A stretch of 64,000 nt of DNA from an uncultured delta proteobacterium (GCA_963727485.1 CAVSGM010000003.1:160001-224000); one strand, 5' to 3'; numbered from the stretch's first letter, positions 10,982 through 21,966 are shown. The notes: a model not told the origin generated them from the letters alone. Translations and numbers: made by a program.

Positions 10982-11572
10982 ATGGGCGGTATGGGTGAAG
11001 CGAGGCGCGGATCCGCCGGTCCCGGCGAGGCCCCCGAGGGCGCGTGGCACGCGGTGGCGGTCCACGCCCGGCAGGAGAAGGCCGCGGCGGCGGCGCTGGC
11101 CGACCGGGGCCTCGAGGTGTTCCTCCCCACGCGCATCGAGCGCCGCCCCTGGAGCGACCGGGTCAAGAAGGTCGAGCTGGCGTTCTTCCCCGGGTATCTC
11201 TTCGTGCGCACCGCGTTGTCGGCGGCCCGCCGGGTGGAGATGCTCAAGGTCCGGCAGGTCTACGACCTGGTGGGCAAGATCCCCGGCGACGACCGCATCG
11301 CCCGGGCCATCCCCGACTGGGAGATCGAGAGCCTGAAGACGGTGGTCCGGTCGGCGCGCGAGGTGGACCCGGTGGAGGGGCTGGTGAAGGGGACGCCGGT
11401 GGTCATCGGCGCCGGGGGGCTCAAGGGCGCGCGGGGGGTGGTGCTCCAGGGGCCCGACGGGCAGCGGCGCCTGGTGGTGCAGGTGGAGCTGCTGGGCCGC
11501 GGGGTGCGGACGACGCTGTCGGCGGAGGATGTGCTGGTGGGGGACGAGGCGGCGGGCACCGTCCGCGGGTAG
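10982..11572 (+). CDS. UpxY/NusG-paralog transcription antiterminator
   Basis: WHAVAVHARQEK...EVFLP...WSDRVKKVELAFFPGYLFV (NGN domain) and KOW-like GTPVVIGAGGLKGARG. Confidence 0.88.
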   Translation: MGGMGEARRGSAGPGEAPEGAWHAVAVHARQEKAAAAALADRGLEVFLPTRIERRPWSDRVKKVELAFFPGYLFVRTALSAARRVEMLKVRQVYDLVGKIPGDDRIARAIPDWEIESLKTVVRSAREVDPVEGLVKGTPVVIGAGGLKGARGVVLQGPDGQRRLVVQVELLGRGVRTTLSAEDVLVGDEAAGTVRG

Positions 11573-11579
11573 CGCGACC

Positions 11580-13462
11580 ATGTGTGGCATCAACGGGGCC
11601 TTTGCCTTCGGCGACTCGGCGCCGGAACCCTCGGTGGACGAGGCGGTGCGGGTGCGTGACGCCATGACCGCCCGGGGCCCCGATGGCGAGGGCCTGTGGC
11701 GGGATGCCGTCGGGCCGGGTGGTCCTCGGGCACCGGCGCCTGGCGATCATCGGTCTCGGCGAGGGCGGGGCCCAGCCCATGGCGAGGGCCGACGGCTCGC
11801 TGGTGGTCACCTTCAACGGCGAGATCTACAACTACCGGGCCCTGCGCGCCGAGCTCGAGGCCGAGGGCGTCGCCTTCCGCTCCGAGAGCGACACCGAGGT
11901 GCTGCTCCACCTCTACCGCCGCGACGGCGCCGAGCTGGTGCACCGGCTCCAGGGGATGTTCGCGTTCGGGATCTGGGACGCCCGGGCGCGGCGCCTGGTC
12001 CTCGCCCGGGACCCCCACGGGATCAAGCCGCTGTACTACGCCGAGGACGCGGGGACCTTGCGCTTCGCCTCGTCGGTGCGGGCGTTGGCGGCCGGCGGCG
12101 GGATCTCCCGGCGCGTGGACCCGGCGGGGGTGGTGGGGTTCCTCGCCTGGGGGGCGGTGCAGGAGCCGCGGACGATCCTGGCGGCGGTGCGGGCGTTGCC
12201 GGCGGGCTCGGTACTCACCGTGGATGCCGGGGGCGCGCCGCAGGTGCGCCGCTACTGGCGGCCGGTGGACGCCTACGCTGGACGGCGGGGCCGCCGACGT
12301 GGCGGGGGTGCGGGCGGCGCTCCGGGAGAGCGTGGGCCGGCACCTGGTCGCCGACGTGCCGGTGGGGATCCTCCTCTCGGCGGGCGTCGACTCCACCGCG
12401 CTCCTGGGGATGGCCGCCGAGGTCGCCGACCCGCCGCCCCACGCGGTGACCCTGGCCTTCGCCGAGTTCCGGGGGAAGCACGAGGACGAGGCGCCGCTCG
12501 CCGGCGAGGTGGCGCAAAGCTACGGCGCCGGCCACGACGTGGTGGAGATCTCCGGGGACCAGGTGCGCGCCGGGATCGACGCGTTCCTCGCGGCCATGGA
12601 CCAGCCGACGGTGGACGGCCTGAACGTCTACTGGGCCTCCCACGCGGTGCGGGCCGCCGGGCTCAAGGCGGCGATCTCGGGCCTCGGGGGCGACGAGCTC
12701 TTCGGCGGCTACCCGAGCTTCCGGCGCTATCCCAAGGTCAGGCAGGTGGCGGGCGTGCTGGGGCGGCTGCCGGCGCGGGGGCTGTGGGCGGCGCCGGTGG
12801 CGCGCCTCGCCGGGCCCCGGCGTCGCGACCGCCTCGCCGATCTCCTCGGGGGCGACGTGACCCCCGCGGGGACCTACCACGCCCTGCGCGGGCTCTTCGG
12901 CCTCGGGGAGCTCCGGGCGCTGTTGCCGCCGTCCCTGTGGGACGCGGCGGGGGGCGAGGTGGCGGCCCTGGGGCCGGTCACCGACGCGCTGAAGGGCACC
13001 GAGCGGCGGTCGCCATGGGTGCAGATCGCCGTGGCCGAGCAGAGCCTCTACATGCGCAACCAGCTCCTGCGCGATGCGGACTGGGCCTCGATGGGGCACA
13101 GCCTGGAGCTGCGGGTGCCGCTCGTGGATCGGACGCTCACCGAGGCGGTGGGGCCCTGGGCGGCGGCGCGGGACGGCCGGGCCGGGAAGCGGCCGCTGGC
13201 GGAGGCGCCCCGGCGTCCGCTGCCGGCGAAGATCCTCAATCGGGAGAAGACCGGCTTCGGGATGCCGCTGCAGGACTGGGTCGGCGCCGACGCCCGGGCG
13301 GGGCGGGTGCCACCGCTGCCCGGGTGGCTGCGGTGGACCGGGGGAGACGCGGCGCGGGATCGGCTGGTGGCGCGGACGGCAACGGCCGAGGTCCACTGGG
13401 CGCGGCTGTGGGCGCTCACGGTGCTGGCGCAGTACGCCGAGGCGGTGGGCGTCGAGGGGTAA
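11580..13462 (+). CDS. asnB: Asparagine synthase (glutamine-hydrolysing)-like amidotransferase; frameshifts near 11700 and 12280
   Basis: MCGING, RGPD, LGHRRLAII, FNGEIYNY, SDTEV, LSAGVDS, SGLGGDELFGGY, LELRVP, KTGF. Confidence 0.9.
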
Positions 13463-13521
13463 GGGGTCGGGGGGGTGACCCGCGTCGTGCCCAGGGGCTG
13501 GGCGATGGTAGCCTGCCGGGC

Positions 13522-14502
13522 ATGAGCCGCATCGCTGCCTCGATCCTCCTCGTGATGCTCATGGTGCCCGGGGCCGCCCGGGCCGCCGGGAAGACGCCCA
13601 AGTGCCACAAGCCCTCCAGCGCCCTGGAGGCCAAGGCGGTGAAGGTCGCCGAGCTCGGCTGGGCCTCCCACGACCCCCACGACCGGGCGGTGGCGCTCGG
13701 GATCCTGGCGCGGGTCCGAGGGGCCTGCGAGGCCCGGCGCATCGCCGAGGGGCTTCACGCGAAGAACCCGGAGCTGAGGTCGGCGGCGGCGCTGGCGGCG
13801 GCGGAGGTGGGCGTGGAGAAGGCCGCGGCGAAGCAGGCGGCCACCTCGCTTTTGGGCACGGAGAGCGGCTACCTCCGGGTCCGCGCGGCGCTCACGCTCC
13901 TGCGCCTCGGGGACGACGCCGGGCGTAAGGCCCTGGTGCACCTGGCCCTCGGGGCGCCGAAGACGCCCAAGGGCCCGCCCACGGTGGGGTTCGCGGTGGC
14001 GACCTACGCGGCGATGCGGCTGTCGGCCGACGCGAAGCGGGCCGGGCGCGGGGCGCTGATGGCGCTGCTCGGCGGCCAGCCCGACGTGGACCTCATGGCC
14101 CGGGCGGGGCTGGTGCGTCTCGGCGACAAGGACCAGCTGGCGCGGCTGCGGGCGGCGGCGGCGGCGGGGCAGCCGACGGCGATCCGGCTCCTGGGCGAGG
14201 TGGGCTCCAAGGCGGACGTGGCGGCGATCCGCAAGGGCATGGGCCGCTCGCCCCAGGCGCACCAGGCGGCGCTCCAGGGGCTGGCGGCGCTCGGGGACAC
14301 GGGGCCGCTGATGGCCGAGATGGCCGGGGTGGATCTCGCCCACGTGAACCACAAGAGCATGCTGCTCCTGGCCACGGCGTCGCGGGCGGGGGCCAAGGCG
14401 CTGCTGCCGCGGTTCGAGGGGCTGCTCGAGAACGGGCGGCTGCCCATGCGCCTCTACGCGGCGTACCTGGTGGTCCGGGCGGATCACCCGGGGCTGCCGT
14501 AG
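13522..14502 (+). CDS. Secreted HEAT-like repeat protein
   Basis: Signal peptide MSRIAASILLVMLMVPGAARA; helical repeats such as ELRSAAALAA and LRVRAALTLLRLGD. Confidence 0.6.
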   Translation: MSRIAASILLVMLMVPGAARAAGKTPKCHKPSSALEAKAVKVAELGWASHDPHDRAVALGILARVRGACEARRIAEGLHAKNPELRSAAALAAAEVGVEKAAAKQAATSLLGTESGYLRVRAALTLLRLGDDAGRKALVHLALGAPKTPKGPPTVGFAVATYAAMRLSADAKRAGRGALMALLGGQPDVDLMARAGLVRLGDKDQLARLRAAAAAGQPTAIRLLGEVGSKADVAAIRKGMGRSPQAHQAALQGLAALGDTGPLMAEMAGVDLAHVNHKSMLLLATASRAGAKALLPRFEGLLENGRLPMRLYAAYLVVRADHPGLP

Positions 14503-14511
14503 ACTCGGGGC

Positions 14512-15412
14512 GTGCCCGAGCTCCCCGACGTCACGGTGTACGTGGAGGCCCTCGCCGAGCGGGTGGTCGGGGCGCCGCTGGAACGGGTGCGCCTCTTGAG
14601 CCCCTTCGTGCTGCGGACGGTGGACCCAGCCGTCGGCGAGGTGGAGGGCCGGGTGGTGCGCGGCGTCCGGCGGCTCGGCAAGCGGGTGGTGCTCGAGCTC
14701 GCCGGGGACGTGTACCTGGCGATCCACCTGATGATCGCCGGGCGGCTGAAGTGGCTGGAGCCCGGGGCGCCGGTTCCGAAGAAGGCGGGGCTGGCGGCCT
14801 TCGACTTCCCCTCGGGGACCTTGGTGCTCACGGAGGCCGGGTCCAAGCGGCGGGCGGCGCTGCACCTGGTGCGCGGGGCCGAGGGGCTCGCCGAGCTGGA
14901 CCGGGGTGGGGTGGAGCCCCTGGAGGTGGACCTCGACGGGCTTCCGGGCGGCGCTGACCCGGGAGGTCCACACGCTCAAGAGGTCGCTCACCGATCCGAG
15001 GATCTTCTCGGGCATCGGCAACGCCTACTCCGACGAGATCCTCCACCGGGCGGGACTCTCGCCGGCGAAGCGCACCGACCAGATGGACGACGCGGAGGTC
15101 GCGGCGCTCTTCGAGGCGACGCGGGCGGTGCTGCGGGGGTGGACCGAGCGGCTGCGCGCCGAGGCCGGCGGGGGGTTCCCGGGGAAGGTCACCGCGTTTC
15201 GCGAGGGGATGGCGGTGCACGGGCGGTACCGGAAGCCGTGCCCGGTGTGCGGCACGGAGATCCAGCGCATCCGCTACGCCGACAACGAGACCAACTACTG
15301 CCCGCGGTGCCAGACCGGGGGGCGGCTCTTGTCGGACCGGGGGCTCAAGCGGCTCCTGCGCGAGGACTGGCCGAAGACCATCGAGGCGCTGGAGGCGCGG
15401 CGGGGGCGGTAG
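14512..15412 (+). CDS. Fpg/Nei family DNA glycosylase; frameshift near 14940
   Basis: N-terminal [30 protein letters not shown], zinc finger CPVC...YCPRCQ. Confidence 0.92.
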
Positions 15413-15428
15413 GGCGCCGCACCCGGTG

Positions 15429-15557
15429 CTACCGGCCGAGGGCCTGCAGCGCCGCGCGGATCCGAGGCACGGACTGCTGCGGGATGCCCACGACCTGGTC
15501 GCAGCAGTCGCAGACGGCGGAGGAGGCTTCGCCGGGCTCGTGGGGCTGCCTGGTCAT
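15429..15557 (-). pseudogene. Short ORF with a CxxC-like motif, probable truncated remnant
   Basis: ATG overlaps the upstream TGA (ATGA); 42 aa, MTRQPHEPGEASSAVCDCCDQVVGIPQQSVPRIRAALQALGR. Confidence 0.35.
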
Positions 15558-16121
15558 GCTTCGATACCGAGGGCCTGGTCGAGGCGCTTCTCGAGGGCGC
15601 CAAAGGTAGCATCGAAGCGGTCCCGACGCAGGCCCGCGAGGACGGCGTTCACCGCGGCGAGGAAGCGCGCGCGCTCGGCCTCGGCGGGGTCGAGGAGCTC
15701 TCGGGCGGCGAGCCAGCTCGCCACCTCGTGCCAGCTCCAGAGGCGCGACTGGTCGAGCACGGCGACGGGGGCCGGGAACTCCCCAGCGCGCCGCTCGCCG
15801 GCGATCCAGAGGCGGATGCCCTCGCGGGTTCGGCCGGTGCGCCGGGCGATGTCGGCGGCGGTAACGAGGTCGTCGGGGAGTCACACGGACGACCCTCGCG
15901 CCGAGGCCCGCGGCGGCGACGTCCCGGATGGCGGAGAGCACGGCGACCTCCAGGCCGTCGGCCTCGCGGTCGAAGTCCAGGGTGGCGGTGCCCGCGCGGA
16001 TGGTGAGCAGGGCGTCGTCGCACCCGGCTTCGAAGAGGGCGTCCTCGACCCGGCCGTCGTCGGGCGAGAGGCCGTCGACGACCAGGGAGAAGTGGAAGAC
16101 GCTGGTGTCGGTGCTGGCCAT
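15554..16121 (-). CDS. HicB-like/HTH DNA-binding protein (antitoxin-like); frameshift near 15880
   Basis: FHFSLVVDG...EDALFEAGCDDA...LDFDREA...SAIRDV, then DDLVTAADIARRTGRTREGIRLW...FPAPV...LWSWHEVASWL (HTH). Confidence 0.75.
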
Positions 16122-16180
16122 GGTGCCCTCGAAGTGCGGTTTCGGGTGCCTCGGTCTCGATGTGGGCAGCCTGGTGTGGA

Positions 16181-16198
16181 TGTTGACCATTGTCAACA
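16181..16198. promoter_or_regulatory. Perfect 7-4-7 palindrome overlapping a minus-strand TTGACA (-35); likely operator
   Basis: TGTTGAC-CATT-GTCAACA, about 60 bp upstream of the DNA-binding gene start at 16121. Confidence 0.7.
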
Positions 16199-16299
16199 GT
16201 CGACGGTGGGGCGCGCCGGGCGCAGGTTGCGACCTGCCGTCCCGCTCGTCTACGCTGGGCAGGCGCCCGAGGTGGGCGCAGAGGTGGTCAAGATGAAGC

Positions 16300-17232
16300 A
16301 TGCAGTCGCGGTCGTCCTCGGTGCTCCTCCTCGCGCTCCCGGGCGCGGCCCACGCCGCCGAGAGCGGCCTCACGCGGGCGGCCGCAGCCCTGGCCCAGGC
16401 CCAGCGGAGCTTCCCGGACGCCGCGGCGTCGTGGGCGTGGTCGGCGAAGAGCGCCCAGGCCGCGCCGAACGCCGCGGGGCTGGTGGCGCTGGGCCTGGTG
16501 CGCGGCTACGGGCGGACCGGCGACGCCTCGGCGCTGGCGGCGGCGCGGCGGTGGGGCGAGGCGCGGCTCGCGGACCTGGCCGCCTGGCGGCCCTTGTACG
16601 ACCCGGACGTCGAGGCCCTGGCGGCGCTGGGGCGCGCCACGGGGGACGCCAACTACACCGAGGCGGCGCGCACGGCCTTCGACCGGCGCTGGGGCGGCGC
16701 CACCGGCGACGAGGCCCTGGCGCGCCTGAAGATGATCCGCGGCGCCAACCTGGGCTACGTGGGCTACGACGCGGCGCTGGCCATCCGGGCGGCGCGGGCG
16801 GTGGGCCACGGGGCCTTCGCGGCGGCGCTGGCGCGGGCGGTGGTCTCGGCGCCGGGCCTGGTGCCGGCGATCACCGACCCGCGGGGGATCGGCGTGACCG
16901 CCCGGGCGGCGCTGGTGGGCGCGGTGACCGGCCTCGACGACCCGGCGGTGGTCGCGGCGGCGGGCCGGTGGGCCGAGGCCCTGGTGGCCGCCCAGGGGCG
17001 CGACGGGAGCTGGTCGTTCCACAACACCCAGGCGACGGCCTACGCGGTGGCGGCCCTGGCGACGCGCACCCCGGCGGCGGCGGCCAAGGGGCGCGCCTGG
17101 CTCACGAAGACCCAGCGCCCCGACGGCACCTGGACCACCTTCGACGACGGGATGCCCGCGGCGTTCTCCGGGCCGGTGGTCCACGAGGTCTCGGCGGAGG
17201 CGCTGCTGGCGCTCGCGGACACCCAGCCCTAG
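16300..17232 (+). CDS. Secreted protein with prenyltransferase/squalene-cyclase-like helical repeats
   Basis: Signal peptide ending AAHA; QGRDGSW and QRPDGTW QW-like motifs; TAYAVAAL. Confidence 0.6.
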   Translation: MQSRSSSVLLLALPGAAHAAESGLTRAAAALAQAQRSFPDAAASWAWSAKSAQAAPNAAGLVALGLVRGYGRTGDASALAAARRWGEARLADLAAWRPLYDPDVEALAALGRATGDANYTEAARTAFDRRWGGATGDEALARLKMIRGANLGYVGYDAALAIRAARAVGHGAFAAALARAVVSAPGLVPAITDPRGIGVTARAALVGAVTGLDDPAVVAAAGRWAEALVAAQGRDGSWSFHNTQATAYAVAALATRTPAAAAKGRAWLTKTQRPDGTWTTFDDGMPAAFSGPVVHEVSAEALLALADTQP

Positions 17233-17245
17233 AGGTCCAAGGGCG

Positions 17246-18370
17246 GTGAGCGGTCGTCGAGAGCGGGTCCGGGCCCGGGGGCGTCGTCGTCGCCGGCGGC
17301 TGGCGGTGGCGCACGTGGTCTCCGTGGCGGTGCACCTGCTGCCGCTGGTGGCGCTGGTGGGGTTGGAGTGGCCCGATCTGAGCGCGGAGCCCGAGGTGCC
17401 CATGCGGCGGGTGGTCGAGGTGCGGCTGGAGGCGCAGCGGCCGCCCAAGGACGTGATGTTCCAGGCCGAGCACGACTCGGACGTGAAGCAGGCGACGACG
17501 GCGGTGGCGAGTGGGGCGGCGATGCGGACGCGGGGTGGGGTGGTGACCCAGCGGCCGGCGCCTCGGTCGCGGGCGGCGGCCCGGGCGGCGAGGCAGCTTC
17601 GCCCGCGGCGGCGTGGGGCGGTGCGGCGTTCGGCAGCCGCGGAGGCGCCGCATTCGGTCGCCAGGCAGCCCCACCGGGCCGCCCCTCGGCCGGCAGAGGC
17701 GGTGCTGGCGTCTGCGCACGTCGCCGCACATGGGCGCACCCTGGCGCTGGCCCACGCGGCGGTGGACCTGACGCCCGCGCCCGCGCCGGCGCGGCCTTCG
17801 GTGTCCGCGCCGGCCGCTCGTGACGCGGTTGCGCATGCCGCGGCGGCCGAGGTGGATCGCCCCCCTCGGGACGCCGACACAGACGCCGCCCCCGACGTCG
17901 AGCTCGCCGACGCCCAGGTGCCCCAGCCGCCGAGCCCCTACGTGCCCTCCTCGCCGGCCGCTGAGGCCCCAAGCCAGCGCGCCGAGGCGGCACCCGCGGC
18001 CCACATTCCGGGCCTGCGGCCGGCGATGCGCACCCAGGTCCCCGCCCGCGCCATGCTCCTGGCCGCCTACCTGCGCCGCGTGCGCGACCGGATCCGGCAC
18101 GAGTGGCACCCGAAGCTGGTCCTCGGTGGGGGAAACACGGTGTGGCGCCCGGTGGAGGTGCAGGTGTACATGGCGGTCGCCGCCGACGGCAGCCTCGAGA
18201 CCGTCCGCGTGGCCCGGAGCTGCGGGAACGCCGGCATCGACGGGCAGGCGCTGGCGGCGGTGAAGCGCGCCGAACCGTTCCTCCCGCCCCCGGCGGCACT
18301 GCTCCACGGCGGGGTGGTGGGCTTCACCTTCGGGGCCATGGCCCTGGGGGCTGGCGCCGGGGTTCCGTAG
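17246..18370 (+). CDS. TonB C-terminal domain protein
   Basis: N-terminal anchor SVAVH, long Pro/Ala linker, C-terminal DGSLETVRVARSCGNAGIDGQALAAVKRAEPFLPPP. Confidence 0.7.
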   Translation: MSGRRERVRARGRRRRRRLAVAHVVSVAVHLLPLVALVGLEWPDLSAEPEVPMRRVVEVRLEAQRPPKDVMFQAEHDSDVKQATTAVASGAAMRTRGGVVTQRPAPRSRAAARAARQLRPRRRGAVRRSAAAEAPHSVARQPHRAAPRPAEAVLASAHVAAHGRTLALAHAAVDLTPAPAPARPSVSAPAARDAVAHAAAAEVDRPPRDADTDAAPDVELADAQVPQPPSPYVPSSPAAEAPSQRAEAAPAAHIPGLRPAMRTQVPARAMLLAAYLRRVRDRIRHEWHPKLVLGGGNTVWRPVEVQVYMAVAADGSLETVRVARSCGNAGIDGQALAAVKRAEPFLPPPAALLHGGVVGFTFGAMALGAGAGVP

Positions 18371-18433
18371 CACCCGGGCGGGCGGTGCCCCGGGCTGGAC
18401 TCGGCCCCGGCGCCTCAGGGTAGTCTCGGGCAG

Positions 18434-19355
18434 ATGTCCACGGACCCCACCAACGGCCGGCTGACCCACCTGCGCCAGCTCGAGGCGGAGAGCATCCAGA
18501 TCCTCCGCGAGGCGGCCGCCGAGTTCGAGAACCCGGTGATGCTCTACAGCATCGGCAAGGACTCCTCGGTGCTGGTCCGCCTGGCCCAGAAGGCCTTCTA
18601 CCCGGGCCCGCTGCCGTTCCCGCTTTTGCATATTGACACCACCTTCAAGTTCCGGGAGATGATCAGCTTCCGGGACCGGTTCACCCAGGAGCAGGGCCTG
18701 CGCCTGTTGGTCCACACCAACCCGGACGGCCTGAAGCTGGGAATGAATCCCTTCGACTTCGGGTCTGCCAAGCACACGCAGGTGATGAAGACCGATGCGC
18801 TGCGCCAGGCCCTCGACCACTGGCGCTTCGACTGCGCCTTCGGTGGGGCCCGGCGGGACGAGGAGCGCAGCCGGGCCAAAGAGCGGGTATTCTCCTTCCG
18901 CGATCGGTTTCACCAGTGGGACCCGAAGCGCCAGCGGCCTGAGCTGTGGAACCTCTACAACGGCCGCATCAACCCGGGCGAGAGCGTCCGCGTCTTCCCC
19001 ATCAGCAACTGGACCGAGCTCGACGTCTGGCTCTACATCCACGTGGAGAAGATCCCGCGTGGTGCCGCTCTACTTCGCCAAGAAGCGCCCGGTGGTCGAG
19101 CGCCAGGGCCAGCTCCTCATGGTCGACGACGACCGGCTGCCCCTCGAGGACGGCGAGGAGCCGATGATGAAGAAGGTCCGGTTCCGGACGCTCGGGTGCT
19201 ACCCGCTGACCGCCGGCGTCGAGAGCGAGGCGGACACGGTGCCCAAGATCCTTCGGGAGATGCTCGAGTCGCGCTTGAGCGAGCGGCAGGGCCGCCTCAT
19301 CGACACCGACGAGGACGCGTCGATGGAGAAGAAGAAGCGCGAGGGGTACTTCTGA
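18434..19355 (+). CDS. cysD: Sulfate adenylyltransferase subunit 2; frameshift near 19058
   Basis: [63 protein letters not shown]. Confidence 0.96.
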
Positions 19356-19371
19356 TGCGCGCGGTGCTTGG

Positions 19372-21206
19372 ATGAGCGAGCAGGGTCGCACATCGAGGAC
19401 ATCGACGCCTGGCTGGCGGACTACCAGGAGAAGGAGCTCCTGCGGTTCGTGGCGGTGGGGTCGGTGGATGACGGCAAGTCGACGCTCATCGGCCGCCTGC
19501 TGCACGACACCGGGATGGTCTACGAGGACCAGCTCGAGGCGGCGCAGCGGGCGAGCCGGATGCCCGACGGGAGCCTCGACTTCTCGCTGCTGACCGACGG
19601 GCTGGCCGCCGAGCGCGAGCAGGGCATCACCATCGACGTCGCGTACCGGTACTTCTCCACCGAGCAGGCGCAAGTTCATCATCGCCGATACGCCGGGGCA
19701 CGTGCAGTACACCCGGAACATGGTGACCGGCGCGTCCACCGCGGACGTGGCGCTGATCCTCATCGACGCGCGGCTCGGGGTGCTGGAGCAGAGCCGGCGG
19801 CACGCGACCATCGCCTCGCTGCTGGGGATCCCGCACCTGGCCGTGTGCGTGAACAAGATGGACCTGGTGAGCTGGGACCAGGCGGTCTTCGAGCGCATCC
19901 GGGAGGACTTCAGCGCCTTCGCGGCGGACCTGGGGTTCAAGGACACCGCGTTCATCCCCGTGAGTGCGGTACGCGGCTCCAACATCGTCGAGCCGAGCAC
20001 GCGGATGCCCTGGTACGACGGCCAGACGGTGCTCGGGTACCTGGAGCGCGTGCCGGTTGGCGCCGACCGGAATCTGGAAGACCTGCGGTTCCCGGTGCAG
20101 TACGTGATCCGGCCCGACCTGAACTACCGCGGCTACGCCGGCGAGGTGGTGAGCGGGACCGCGAAGGTGGGGCAGGAGGTGATGGTCCTCCCCGGCGGGC
20201 AGAAGAGCCGGGTGAAGGCCATCGACACCTTCGATGGGCCGCTGCGCGAGGCCGAGACCCCGCGGTCCGTGGTGGTGCGCCTCGAGGACGAGGTCGACGT
20301 GAGCCGCGGCGACATGCTCGTGGATGCAGGGCGGATCCCCCGGGTGCGCCGGCGCTTCGAGGCCCACCTGGTGTGGATGAGCGAGCGTCCCCTGGACCTC
20401 CAGAAGACCTACCTGCTCAAGCACACCACCCAGACCGTGCGGGCGCAGATCGGTCGGGTGGCGTGGAAGAAGGACATGGAGACGCTGGCCGAGGTGCCCG
20501 GCCGAGGGCCTCGCGCTCAACGACATCGGGCGGGTGGAGGTGACCTGCCACCGGGCGTTCTACTTCGACCCCTACCGGGTGAACCGGGCGACCGGCGCGT
20601 TCATCGTCATCGACTCGCTGACCAACGACACCGTTGGCGCCGGGATGATCGTCGACGGTGCGGCGGAGCAGGGCCTCGACGAGGTCGTCCAGGAGCTCCA
20701 TGCCGGGTCGGCGCTGGTGCCCAAGAGCCAGGTGAGCCCCCGGGAGCGGTTCGAGCGGCTCGGGCAGAAGGGCTGCGTGGTGTGGCTCACCGGGCTGCCG
20801 GGCTCGGGGAAGTGGCCGCTGGCCTACGCCCTGGAGCGGCGCCTCTTCGACATGGGGCACACCGCCACGGTGGTGGTCCCCACCGGCGAGGACCTCCGGA
20901 CGATGATCAGCGCCGCCAAGGCCGGCGCCGACGCGGGGCTCATCACCATCTGCGCCTTCGCCAGCTACGGCCGGGCCGACCGGGCGGCGGTGCGCGAGCG
21001 GGTGGGGGCCGAGCGCTTCGTCCACGTGTACGTGAACACCGACCCGGCGCTGTGCCGGGAGCGGCGGCCCGACGCGAGCTTCGAGGGCTTCGAGGTGCCC
21101 GCAGCGCCCGGAGGTGACGGTGGCGCTCGACGAGATGGACCTCGACGGAGCCATCGAGGCGATCCTCGAGGACCTGGGGCGGCGCGGGCAGTTCCGGCCA
21201 CGCTAG
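19372..21206 (+). CDS. cysN: Sulfate adenylyltransferase subunit 1 fused to a degenerate APS-kinase domain; several frameshifts
   Basis: [61 protein letters not shown]-terminal [13 protein letters not shown]. Confidence 0.92.
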
Positions 21207-21411
21207 CTTTGCAGCTACGGTTCCGACACTGCGTTCGGTGGGAACGCGGGGTGCCCGGGACGGTGCAGACTGTTTCGGTCTTGAACGCAGGTTTCGTCTG
21301 CAAGTCGAAGAAGGACTCCGGGCGCCGCCCGGCCCTGCTGAAGGCCGCCAGCCCGCCCTCGCAGTCCCGCCCGCCGGTCCAGTTCTGGGACCGAACCGGG
21401 GCGGAGTGTGA

Positions 21412-21966
21412 ATGACGCTGGGCGCTTCACTCGCCAACCGAGGGGATGGATACCATCGTGACGAGCTCCGGCTCCTCGAGGCCCTCCATGAGTCCCCCGA
21501 GCAGAGTCAGCGGGAGCTCGCCAAGCAGGCAGGCCTCTCGCTCAGCAAGGCCCACTTGGTGCTCAAGCGGCTCGCCCAGCGGGGGATGGTGACGGTGAAG
21601 ACCACACCGGCCAGCGGTCACCGCCTCGGCTACCGGTACCAGCTTACCCCACGCGGGCACGCCCGAAAGGCGCTGCTTCGCTACCGTCTGCTCCAGAGAA
21701 CGGCGGAGGAGTACCAGGACGCCGTGCGGCGCCTGAAGACGCGCGTGCGGGAGGCTTGGCGCCAGCACAAGCCGGCGTCGCGACGGGGTCCGCCGGCAAT
21801 CCTTCTTGTGGGGTCGGGGGCCCTCTCCGACCTGGTAAGGGACGTGGTGCAGCGCGCGGGGATGCCGGTGGTGGACGACGCCGCGCGGGCCGACCTGGCC
21901 ATCGTCCTCGACCCCCGGGAGGCGGATAGTGTGGACTCCCGTCTGGCGAAGGTGGGGCTCGGATGA
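21412..21966 (+). CDS. Winged-HTH (EPS-associated MarR-type) regulator
   Basis: ELRLLEAL...[29 protein letters not shown]...YRYQLTPRG...K. Confidence 0.82.
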   Translation: MTLGASLANRGDGYHRDELRLLEALHESPEQSQRELAKQAGLSLSKAHLVLKRLAQRGMVTVKTTPASGHRLGYRYQLTPRGHARKALLRYRLLQRTAEEYQDAVRRLKTRVREAWRQHKPASRRGPPAILLVGSGALSDLVRDVVQRAGMPVVDDAARADLAIVLDPREADSVDSRLAKVGLG

